Part shown: positions 1 to 11,583 of the stretch, in pieces
Position numbering within the stretch: position 1 is the stretch's first letter
How the letters are laid out: the number at the start of each line of letters is the position of its first letter
Source: Auanema rhodensis
Taxonomy: Eukaryota; Animalia; Nematoda
Direction of reading: 5' to 3'
NCBI GenBank assembly: GCA_964057225.1
Contig: OZ059897.1
Coordinates: 20,832,001-20,896,000, forward strand
Length of the DNA: 64,000 nucleotides
Notes under the pieces: generated by a model
The model's database searches: none
Told to the model about the DNA's origin: nothing
The model's input: only the letters and a program-made list of their open reading frames with translations
Translations under genes and position numbers: made by a program

Positions 1-91
1 AAATAGATGTTTTTAGATTCGATTTTTCAAGGCAAAGACGATGGACAATGTTATTCAACGAAAAAATTAATTCTTCAGGGTGAAAATCGAG

Positions 92-113
92 GATATAAGT
101 GTGAACTTATATC
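92..113. repeat. Perfect 9-bp inverted repeat with 4-nt GTGA loop, in nearly every monomer
   Basis: GATATAAGT-gtga-ACTTATATC; all nine pairs are Watson-Crick. Confidence 0.93.
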
Positions 114-123
114 AGTTGATATC

Positions 124-190
124 TCGGTGCATTTTTAAGCTAGCGCAAATCTGATAACACAGATCGACGCAGCTTAAAAATCCGCATCGA
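124..190. repeat. Long imperfect inverted repeat (26 bp paired in 67 nt), in every monomer
   Basis: TCGGTGC/GCATCGA (7 bp, one G.T), ATTTTTAAGCT/AGCTTAAAAAT (11 bp perfect), GCG/CGC, ATCTG/CAGAT, loop ATAACA. Confidence 0.92.
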
Positions 191-264
191 ATGCACTATA
201 CTACATTGAGAAAAGCTTAATACAAAAATTAGTTATGATCGTTTGAAAAATGATGCATTAGTGT

Positions 265-292
265 ATGTTGGGTTTCCATGTACACTCAACAT
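265..292. repeat. 9-bp inverted repeat with 10-nt loop
   Basis: Consensus ATGTTGAGT-ttccatgtac-ACTCAACAT, e.g. 616-643. The first copy carries A>G at 271, giving a G.T pair. Confidence 0.9.
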
Positions 293-306
293 TGCTTCCA
301 AAAACA

Positions 307-339
307 TTTTGACAAAAATTTTTTCGAAAAATTTCAAAA
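307..339. repeat. A/T-tract palindrome centred on TCGA
   Basis: Perfect 12-bp core TTTTTCGAAAAA (320-331) flanked by TTTTGA (307-312) and TCAAAA (334-339). Confidence 0.85.
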
Positions 340-3300
340 TAATTTAGCAAAAAGTAGATGTTTTTAGATTCCATTTTTCAAGGCAAAGACGATGGACAAT
401 GTTATTCAACGAAAAAATTAATTCTTCAGGGTGAAAATCGAGGATATAAGTGTGAACTTATATCAGTTGATATCTCGGTGCATTTTTAAGCTAGCGCAAA
501 TCTGATAACACAGATCGACGCAGCTTAAAAATCCGCATCGAATGCACTATACTACATTGAAAAACGCTTGATACAAAAATTAGTTATGATCGTTTGAAAA
601 ATGATGCATTAGTGTATGTTGAGTTTCCATGTACACTCAACATTGCTTCCAAAAACATTTTGACAAAAATTTTTTCGAAAAATTTCAAAATAATTTAGCA
701 AAAAGTAGATGTTTTTAGATTCCATTTTTCAAGGCAAAGACGATGGACAATGTTATTCAACGAAAAAATTAATTCTTCAGGGTGAAAATCGAGGATATAA
801 GTGTGAACTTATATCAGTTGATATCTCGGTGCATTTTTAAGCTAGCGCAAATCTGATAACACAGATCGACGCAGCTTGAAAATCCGCATCGAATGCACTA
901 TACTACATTGAGAAAAGCTTAATACAAAAATTAGTTATGATCGTTTGAAAAATGATGCATTAGTGTATGTTGAGTTTCCATGTACACTCAACATTGCTTC
1001 CAAAAACATTTTGACAAAAATTTTTTCGAAAAATTTCAAAATAATTTAGCAAAAAGTAGATGTTTTTAGACTCCATTTTTCAAGGCAAAGACGATGGACA
1101 ATGTTATTTAACGAAAAAATTATTTCTTCAGGGTGAAAATCGAGGATATAAGTGTGAACTTATATCAGTTGATATCTCGGTGCATTTTTAAGCTAGCGCA
1201 AATCTGATAACACAGATCGACGCAGCTTAAAAATCCGCATCGAATGCACTATACTACATTGAAAAACGCTTAATACAAAAATTAGTTATGATCGTTTGAA
1301 AAATGATGCATTAGTGTATGTTGAGTTTCCATGTACACTCAACATTGCTTCCAAAAACATTTTGACAAAAATTTTTTCGAAAAATTTCAAAATAATTTAG
1401 CGAAAAATAGATGTTTTTAGATTCGATTTTTCAAGGCAAAGACGATGGACAATGTTATTCAACGAAAAAATTAATTCTTCAGGGTGAAAATCGAGGATAT
1501 AAGTGTGAACTTATATCAGTTGATATCTCGGTGCATTTTTAAGCTAGCGCAAATCTGATAACACAGATCGACGCAGCTTAAAAATCCGCATCGAATGCAC
1601 TATACTACATTGAAAAACGCTTAATACAAAAATTAGTTATGATCGTTTGAAAAATGATGCATTAGTGTATGTTGAGTTTCCATGTACACTCAACATTGCT
1701 TCCAAAAACATTTTGACAAAAATTTTTTCGAAAAATTTCAAAATAATTTACCAAAAAGTAGATGTTTTTAGATTCCATTTTTCAAGGCAAAGACGATAGA
1801 CAATGTTATTCAACGAAAAAGTTAATTCTTCAGGGTGAAAATCGAGGATATAAGTGTGAACTTATATCAGTTGATATCTCGGTGCATTTTTAAGCTAGCG
1901 CAAATCTGATAACACAGATCGACGCAGCTTAAAAATCCGCATCGAATGCACTATACTACATTGAGAAAAGCTTAATACAAAAATTAGTTATGATCGTTTG
2001 AAAAATGATGCATTAGTGTATGTTGAGTTTCCATGTACACTCAACATTGCTTCCAAAAACATTTTGACAAAAATTTTTTCGAAAAATTTCAAAATAATTT
2101 AGCAAAAAGTAGATGTTTTTAGATTCCATTTTTCAAGGCAAAGACGATGGACAATGTTATTCAACGAAAAAATTAATTCTTCAGGGTGAAAATCGAGGAT
2201 ATAAGTGTGAACTTATATCAGTTGATATCTCGGTGCATTTTTAAGCTAGCGCAAATCTGATAACACAGATCGACGCAGCTTGAAAATCCGCATCGAATGC
2301 ACTATATTACATTGAGAAAAGCTTAATACAAAAATTAGTTATGATCGTTTGAAAAATGATGCATTAGTGTATGTTGAGTTTCCATGTACACTCAACATTG
2401 CTTCCAAAAACATTTTGACAAAAATTTTTTCGAAAAATTTCAAAATAATTTAGCAAAAAGTAGATGTTTTTAGACTTCATTTTTCAAGGCAAAGACGATG
2501 GACAATGTTATTCAACGAAAAAATTAATTCTTCAGGGTGAAAATCGAGGATATAAGTGTGAACTTATATCAGTTGATATCTCGGTGCATTTTTAAGCTAG
2601 CGCAAATCTGATAACACAGATCGACGCAGCTTAAAAATCCGCATCGAATGCACTATACTACATTGAAAAACGCTTAATACAAAAATTAGTTATGATCGTT
2701 TGAAAAATGATGCATTAGTGTATGTTGAGTTTCCATGTACACTCAACATTGCTTCCAAAAACATTTTGACAAAAATTTTTTCGAAAAATTTCAAAATAAT
2801 TTAGCGAAAAATAGATGTTTTTAGATTCGATTTTTCAAGGCAAAGACGATGGACAATGTTATTCAACGAAAAAATTAATTCTTCAGGGTGAAAATCGAGG
2901 ATATAAGTGTGAACTTATATCAGTTGATATCTCGGTGCATTTTTAAGCTAGCGCAAATCTGATAACACAGATCGACGCAGCTTAAAAATCCGCATCGAAT
3001 GCACTATACTACATTGAGAAAAGCTTAATACAAAAATTAGTTATGATCGTTTGAAAAATGATGCATTAGTGTATGTTGAGTTTCCATGTACACTCAACAT
3101 TGCTTCCAAAAACATTTTGACAAAAATTTTTTCGAAAAATTTCAAAATAAAATAGCAAAAAGTAGATGTTTTTAGATTCCATTTTTCAAGGCAAAGACGA
3201 TGGACAATGTTATTCAACGAAAAAATTAATTCTTCAGGGTGAAAATCGAGGATATAAGTGTGAACTTATATCAGTTGATATCTCGGTGCATTTTTAAGCT

Positions 3301-6300
3301 AGCGCAAATCTGATAACACAGATCGACGCAGCTTGAAAATCCGCATCGAATGCACTATATTACATTGAGAAAAGCTTAATACAAAAATTAGTTATGATCG
3401 TTTGAAAAATGATGCATTAGTGTATGTTGAGTTTCCATGTACACTCAACATTGCTTCCAAAAACATTTTGACAAAAATTTTTTCGAAAAATTTCAAAATA
3501 ATTTAGCAAAAAGTAGATGTTTTTAGACTCCATTTTTCAAGGCAAAGACGATGGACAATGTTATTCAACGAAAAAATTAATTCTTCAGGGTGAAAATCGA
3601 GGATATAAGTGTGAACTTATATCAGTTGATATCTCGGTGCATTTTTAAGCTAGCGCAAATCTGATAACACAGATCGACGCAGCTTAAAAATCCGCATCGA
3701 ATGCACTATACTACATTGAAAAACGCTTAATACAAAAATTAGTTATGATCGTTTGAAAAATGATGCATTAGTGTATGTTGAGTTTCCATGTACACTCAAC
3801 ATTGCTTCCAAAAACATTTTGACAAAAATTTTTTCGAAAAATTTCAAAATAATTTAGCGAAAAATAGATGTTTTTAGATTCGATTTTTCAAGGCAAAGAC
3901 GATGGACAATGTTATTCAACGAAAAAATTAATTCTTCAGGGTGAAAATCGAGGATATAAGTGTGAACTTATATCAGTTGATATCTCGGTGCATTTTTAAG
4001 CTAGCGCAAATCTGATAACACAGATCGACGCAGCTTAAAAATCCGCATCGAATGCACTATACTACATTGAGAAAAGCTTAATACAAAAATTAGTTATGAT
4101 CGTTTGAAAAATGATGCATTAGTGTATGTTGAGTTTCCATGTACACTCAACATTGCTTCCAAAAACATTTTGACAAAAATTTTTTCGAAAAATTTCAAAA
4201 TAATTTAGCAAAAAGTAGATGTTTTTAGATTCCATTTTTCAAGGCAAAGACGATGGACAATGTTATTCAACGAAAAAATTAATTCTTCAGGGTGAAAATC
4301 GAGGATATAAGTGTGAACTTATATCAGTTGATATCTCGGTGCATTTTTAAGCTAGCGCAAATCTGATAACACAGATCGACGCAGCTTAAAAATCCGCATC
4401 GAATGCACTATACTACATTGAAAAACGCTTAATACAAAAATTAGTTATGATCGTTTGAAAAATGATGCATTAGTGTATGTTGAGTTTCCATGTACACTCA
4501 ACATTGCTTCCAAAAACATTTTGACAAAAATTTTTTCGAAAAATTTCAAAATAATTTACCAAAAAGTAGATGTTTTTAGATTCCATTTTTCAAGGCAAAG
4601 ACGATAGACAATGTTATTCAACGAAAAAGTTAATTCTTCAGGGTGAAAATCGAGGATATAAGTGTGAACTTATATCAGTTGATATCTCGGTGCATTTTTA
4701 AGCTAGCGCAAATCTGATAACACAGATCGACGCAGCTTAAAAATCCGCATCGAATGCACTATACTACATTGAGAAAAGCTTAATACAAAAATTAGTTATG
4801 ATCGTTTGAAAAATGATGCATTAGTGTATGTTGAGTTTCCATGTACACTCAACATTGCTTCCAAAAACATTTTGACAAAAATTTTTTCGAAAAATTTCAA
4901 AATAATTTAGCGAAAAATAGATGTTTTTAGATTCGATTTTTCAAGGCAAAGACGATGGACAATGTTATTCAACGAAAAAATTAATTCTTCAGGGTGAAAA
5001 TCGAGGATATAAGTGTGAACTTATATCAGTTGATATCTCGGTGCATTTTTAAGCTAGCGCAAATCTGATAACACAGATCGACGCAGCTTAAAAATCCGCA
5101 TCGAATGCACTATACTACATTGAGAAAAGCTTAATACAAAAATTAGTTATGATCGTTTGAAAAATGATGCATTAGTGTATGTTGAGTTTCCATGTACACT
5201 CAACATTGCTTCCAAAAACATTTTGACAAAAATTTTTTCGAAAAATTTCAAAATAATTTAGCAAAAAGTAGATGTTTTTAGATTCCATTTTTCAAGGCAA
5301 AGACGATAGACAATGTTATTCAACGAAAAAGTTAATTCTTCAGGGTGAAAATCGAGGATATAAGTGTGAACTTATATCAGTTGATATCTCGGTGCATTTT
5401 TAAGCTAGCGCAAATCTGATAACACAGATCGACGCAGCTTGAAAATCCGCATCGAATGCACTATATTACATTGAGAAAAGCTTAATACAAAAATTAGTTA
5501 TGATCGTTTGAAAAATGATGCATTAGTGTATGTTGAGTTTCCATGTACACTCAACATTGCTTCCAAAAACATTTTGACAAAAATTTTTTCGAAAAATTTC
5601 AAAATAATTTAGCAAAAAGTAGATGTTTTTAGACTCCATTTTTCAAGGCAAAGACGATGGACAATGTTATTCAACGAAAAAATTAATTCTTCAGGGTGAA
5701 AATCGAGGATATAAGTGTGAACTTATATCAGTTGATATCTCGGTGCATTTTTAAGCTAGCGCAAATCTGATAACACAGATCGACGCAGCTTGAAAATCCG
5801 CATCGAATGCACTATATTACATTGAGAAAAGCTTAATACAAAAATTAGTTATGATCGTTTGAAAAATGATGCATTAGTGTATGTTGAGTTTCCATGTACA
5901 CTCAACATTGCTTCCAAAAACATTTTGACAAAAATTTTTTCGAAAAATTTCAAAATAATTTAGCAAAAAGTAGATGTTTTTAGACTCCATTTTTCAAGGC
6001 AAAGACGATGGACAATGTTATTCAACGAAAAAATTAATTCTTCAGGGTGAAAATCGAGGATATAAGTGTGAACTTATATCAGTTGATATCTCGGTGCATT
6101 TTTAAGCTAGCGCAAATCTGATAACACAGATCGACGCAGCTTAAAAATCCGCATCGAATGCACTATACTACATTGAGAAAAGCTTAATACAAAAATTAGT
6201 TATGATCGTTTGAAAAATGATGCATTAGTGTATGTTGAGTTTCCATGTACACTCAACATTGCTTCCAAAAACATTTTGACAAAAATTTTTTCGAAAAATT

Positions 6301-6669
6301 TCAAAATAAAATAGCAAAAAGTAGATGTTTTTAGATTCCATTTTTCAAGGCAAAGACGATGGACAATGTTATTCAACGAAAAAATTAATTCTTCAGGGTG
6401 AAAATCGAGGATATAAGTGTGAACTTATATCAGTTGATATCTCGGTGCATTTTTAAGCTAGCGCAAATCTGATAACACAGATCGACGCAGCTTGAAAATC
6501 CGCATCGAATGCACTATATTACATTGAGAAAAGCTTAATACAAAAATTAGTTATGATCGTTTGAAAAATGATGCATTAGTGTATGTTGAGTTTCCATGTA
6601 CACTCAACATTGCTTCCAAAAACATTTTGACAAAAATTTTTTCGAAAAATTTCAAAATAATTTAGCAAA

Positions 6670-9600
6670 AAGTAGATGTTTTTAGACTCCATTTTTCAAG
6701 GCAAAGACGATGGACAATGTTATTCAACGAAAAAATTAATTCTTCAGGGTGAAAATCGAGGATATAAGTGTGAACTTATATCAGTTGATATCTCGGTGCA
6801 TTTTTAAGCTAGCGCAAATCTGATAACACAGATCGACGCAGCTTAAAAATCCGCATCGAATGCACTATACTACATTGAAAAACGCTTAATACAAAAATTA
6901 GTTATGATCGTTTGAAAAATGATGCATTAGTGTATGTTGAGTTTCCATGTACACTCAACATTGCTTCCAAAAACATTTTGACAAAAATTTTTTCGAAAAA
7001 TTTCAAAATAATTTAGCGAAAAATAGATGTTTTTAGATTCGATTTTTCAAGGCAAAGACGATGGACAATGTTATTCAACGAAAAAATTAATTCTTCAGGG
7101 TGAAAATCGAGGATATAAGTGTGAACTTATATCAGTTGATATCTCGGTGCATTTTTAAGCTAGCGCAAATCTGATAACACAGATCGACGCAGCTTAAAAA
7201 TCCGCATCGAATGCACTATACTACATTGAGAAAAGCTTAATACAAAAATTAGTTATGATCGTTTGAAAAATGATGCATTAGTGTATGTTGGGTTTCCATG
7301 TACACTCAACATTGCTTCCAAAAACATTTTGACAAAAATTTTTTCGAAAAATTTCAAAATAATTTAGCAAAAAGTAGATGTTTTTAGATTCCATTTTTCA
7401 AGGCAAAGACGATGGACAATGTTATTCAACGAAAAAATTAATTCTTCAGGGTGAAAATCGAGGATATAAGTGTGAACTTATATCAGTTGATATCTCGGTG
7501 CATTTTTAAGCTAGCGCAAATCTGATAACACAGATCGACGCAGCTTAAAAATCCGCATCGAATGCACTATACTACATTGAAAAACGCTTGATACAAAAAT
7601 TAGTTATGATCGTTTGAAAAATGATGCATTAGTGTATGTTGAGTTTCCATGTACACTCAACATTGCTTCCAAAAACATTTTGACAAAAATTTTTTCGAAA
7701 AATTTCAAAATATTTTAGCAAAAAGTAGATGTTTTTAGATTCCATTTTTCAAGGCAAAGACGATGGACAATGTTATTCAACGAAAAAATTAATTCTTCAG
7801 GGTGAAAATCGAGGATATAAGTGTGAACTTATATCAGTTGATATCTCGGTGCATTTTTAAGCTAGCGCAAATCTGATAACACAGATCGACGCAGCTTGAA
7901 AATCCGCATCGAATGCACTATACTACATTGAGAAAAGCTCAATACAAAAATTAGTTATGATCGTTTGAAAAATGATGCATTAGTGTATGTTGAGTTTCCA
8001 TGTACACTCAACATTGCTTCCAAAAACATTTTGACAAAAATTTTTTCGAAAAATTTCAAAATAATTTAGCGAAAAATAGATGTTTTTAGATTCGATTTTT
8101 CAAGGCAAAGACGATGGACAATGTTATTCAACGAAAAAATTAATTCTTCAGGGTGAAAATCGAGGATATAAGTGTGAACTTATATCAGTTGATATCTCGG
8201 TGCATTTTTAAGCTAGCGCAAATCTGATAACACAGATCGACGCAGCTTAAAAATCCGCATCGAATGCACTATACTACATTGAAAAACGCTTAATACAAAA
8301 ATTAGTTATGATCGTTTGAAAAATGATGCATTAGTGTATGTTGAGTTTCCATGTACACTCAACATTGCTTCCAAAAACATTTTGACAAAAATTTTTTCGA
8401 AAAATTTCAAAATAATTTAGCAAAAAGTAGATGTTTTTAGACTCCATTTTTCAAGGCAAAGACGATGGACAATGTTATTCAACGAAAAAATTAATTCTTC
8501 AGGGTGAAAATCGAGGATATAAGTGTGAACTTATATCAGTTGATATCTCGGTGCATTTTTAAGCTAGCGCAAATCTGATAACACAGATCGACGCAGCTTA
8601 AAAATCCGCATCGAATGCACTATACTACATTGAAAAACGCTTAATACAAAAATTAGTTATGATCGTTTGAAAAATGATGCATTAGTGTATGTTGAGTTTC
8701 CATGTACACTCAACATTGCTTCCAAAAACATTTTGACAAAAATTTTTTCGAAAAATTTCAAAATAATTTAGCGAAAAATAGATGTTTTTAGATTCGATTT
8801 TTCAAGGCAAAGACGATGGACAATGTTATTCAACGAAAAAATTAATTCTTCAGGGTGAAAATCGAGGATATAAGTGTGAACTTATATCAGTTGATATCTC
8901 GGTGCATTTTTAAGCTAGCGCAAATCTGATAACACAGATCGACGCAGCTTAAAAATCCGCATCGAATGCACTATACTACATTGAGAAAAGCTTAATACAA
9001 AAATTAGTTATGATCGTTTGAAAAATGATGCATTAGTGTATGTTGGGTTTCCATGTACACTCAACATTGCTTCCAAAAACATTTTGACAAAAATTTTTTC
9101 GAAAAATTTCAAAATAATTTAGCAAAAAGTAGATGTTTTTAGATTCCATTTTTCAAGGCAAAGACGATGGACAATGTTATTCAACGAAAAAATTAATTCT
9201 TCAGGGTGAAAATCGAGGATATAAGTGTGAACTTATATCAGTTGATATCTCGGTGCATTTTTAAGCTAGCGCAAATCTGATAACACAGATCGACGCAGCT
9301 TAAAAATCCGCATCGAATGCACTATACTACATTGAAAAACGCTTGATACAAAAATTAGTTATGATCGTTTGAAAAATGATGCATTAGTGTATGTTGAGTT
9401 TCCATGTACACTCAACATTGCTTCCAAAAACATTTTGACAAAAATTTTTTCGAAAAATTTCAAAATATTTTAGCAAAAAGTAGATGTTTTTAGATTCCAT
9501 TTTTCAAGGCAAAGACGATGGACAATGTTATTCAACGAAAAAATTAATTCTTCAGGGTGAAAATCGAGGATATAAGTGTGAACTTATATCAGTTGATATC

Positions 9601-10179
9601 TCGGTGCATTTTTAAGCTAGCGCAAATCTGATAACACAGATCGACGCAGCTTGAAAATCCGCATCGAATGCACTATACTACATTGAGAAAAGCTCAATAC
9701 AAAAATTAGTTATGATCGTTTGAAAAATGATGCATTAGTGTATGTTGAGTTTCCATGTACACTCAACATTGCTTCCAAAAACATTTTGACAAAAATTTTT
9801 TCGAAAAATTTCAAAATAATTTAGCGAAAAATAGATGTTTTTAGATTCGATTTTTCAAGGCAAAGACGATGGACAATGTTATTCAACGAAAAAATTAATT
9901 CTTCAGGGTGAAAATCGAGGATATAAGTGTGAACTTATATCAGTTGATATCTCGGTGCATTTTTAAGCTAGCGCAAATCTGATAACACAGATCGACGCAG
10001 CTTAAAAATCCGCATCGAATGCACTATACTACATTGAAAAACGCTTAATACAAAAATTAGTTATGATCGTTTGAAAAATGATGCATTAGTGTATGTTGAG
10101 TTTCCATGTACACTCAACATTGCTTCCAAAAACATTTTGACAAAAATTTTTTCGAAAAATTTCAAAATAATTTAGCGAA
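6670..10179 (+). repeat. Tandem duplication of a 5-monomer block (1755-bp period)
   Basis: Rare variants repeat at +1755: GTTGGG 7291/9046, AAATATTTTAG about 7713/9468, AGCTCAA 7940/9695, GCTTGAAA 7898/9653, AGACTCC about 6687/8442. Confidence 0.9.
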
Positions 10180-11583
10180 AAGTAGATGTTTTTAGATTCG
10201 ATTTTTCAAGGCAAAGACGATGGACAATGTTATTCAACGAAAAAATTAATTCTTCAGGATGAAAATCGAGGATATAAGTGTGAACTTATATCAGTTGATA
10301 TCTCGGTGCATTTTTAAGCTAGCGCAAATCTGATAACACAGATCGACGCAGCTTAAAAATCCGCATCGAATGCACTATACTACATTGAAAAACGCTTAAT
10401 ACAAAAATTAGTTATGATCGTTTGAAAAATGATGCATTAGTGTATGTTGAGTTTCCATGTACACTCAACATTGCTTCCAAAAACATTTTGACAAAAATTT
10501 TTTCGAAAAATTTCAAAATAATTTACCAAAAAGTAGATGTTTTTAGATTCCATTTTTCAAGGCAAAGACGATAGACAATGTTATTCAACGAAAAAGTTAA
10601 TTCTTCAGGGTGAAAATCGAGGATATAAGTGTGAACTTATATCAGTTGATATCTCGGTGCATTTTTAAGCTAGCGCAAATCTGATAACACAGATCGACGC
10701 AGCTTAAAAATCCGCATCGAATGCACTATACTACATTGAGAAAAGCTTAATACAAAAATTAGTTATGATCGTTTGAAAAATGATGCATTAGTGTATGTTG
10801 AGTTTCCATGTACACTCAACATTGCTTCCAAAAACATTTTGACAAAAATTTTTTCGAAAAATTTCAAAATAATTTAGCAAAAAGTAGATGTTTTTAGATT
10901 CCATTTTTCAAGGCAAAGACGATAGACAATGTTATTCAACGAAAAAGTTAATTCTTCAGGGTGAAAATCGAGGATATAAGTGTGAACTTATATCAGTTGA
11001 TATCTCGGTGCATTTTTAAGCTAGCGCAAATCTGATAACACAGATCGACGCAGCTTAAAAATCCGCATCGAATGCACTATACTACATTGAGAAAAGCTTA
11101 ATACAAAAATTAGTTATGATCGTTTGAAAATTGATGCATTAGTGTATGTTGAGTTTCCATGTACACTCAACATTGCTTCCAAAAACATTTTGACAAAAAT
11201 TTTTTCGAAAAATTTCAAAATAATTTAGCAAAAAGTAGATGTTTTTAGATTCCATTTTTCAAGGCAAAGACGATGGACAATGTTATTCAACGAAAAAATT
11301 AATTCTTCAGGGTGAAAATCGAGGATATAAGTGTGAACTTATATCAGTTGATATCTCGGTGCATTTTTAAGCTAGCGCAAATCTGATAACACAGATCGAC
11401 GCAGCTTAAAAATCCGCATCGAATGCACTATATTACATTGAAAAACGCTTAATACAAAAATTAGTTATGATCGTTTGAAAAATGATGCATTAGTGTATGT
11501 TGAGTTCCCATGTACACTCAACATTGCTTCCAAAAACATTTTGACAAAAATTTTTTCGGAAAATTTCAAAATAATTTAGCAAA

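Larger units (their letters stand above)
1..351 (+). repeat. Reference monomer (arbitrary phase), about 31% GC, rich in A/T tracts
   Basis: Hand count about 109 G+C in 351 bp. Typical units carry single NheI (GCTAGC, m139-144), EcoRV (GATATC, m118-123), NsiI (ATGCAT, m253-258) and BsrGI (TGTACA, m279-284) sites. A HindIII site (AAGCTT, m213-218) is polymorphic. Confidence 0.97.

Noticed and set aside
92-143. Helitron 3' end (hairpin followed by CTAG at 140-143)
   Set aside because: Spacing and hairpin composition are atypical, CTAG lies within another stem, and there is no element boundary or flanking target site to test.
20-180. Hammerhead ribozyme as in newt, schistosome or cave-cricket satellites
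   Set aside because: The minus strand has CTGAAGA (complement of 72-78) and a downstream GAAA, but I could not form stems I and II. The plus-strand CTGATAA (151-157) lacks the conserved G8. An Infernal search with Rfam hammerhead models on a dimer would settle it.
322-338. CENP-B box-like motif (TTCG....A..CGGG)
   Set aside because: TTCG and A match but the CGGG half is absent (TCAA).
1-351. Monomer as a repeated 117-codon protein domain (351 is divisible by 3)
   Set aside because: The frame I translated has multiple stops per unit, the ORF track shows no long ORF in any frame, and 1-bp indels are tolerated.
1-351. Internal ~175-bp dimeric substructure, tRNA/5S rDNA repeat, or identity with Drosophila 1.688 (359-bp) satellite
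   Set aside because: I found no convincing half-to-half similarity by eye, no cloverleaf, 5S or Pol III box match, and no recognisable similarity to 1.688 beyond generic A/T tracts.
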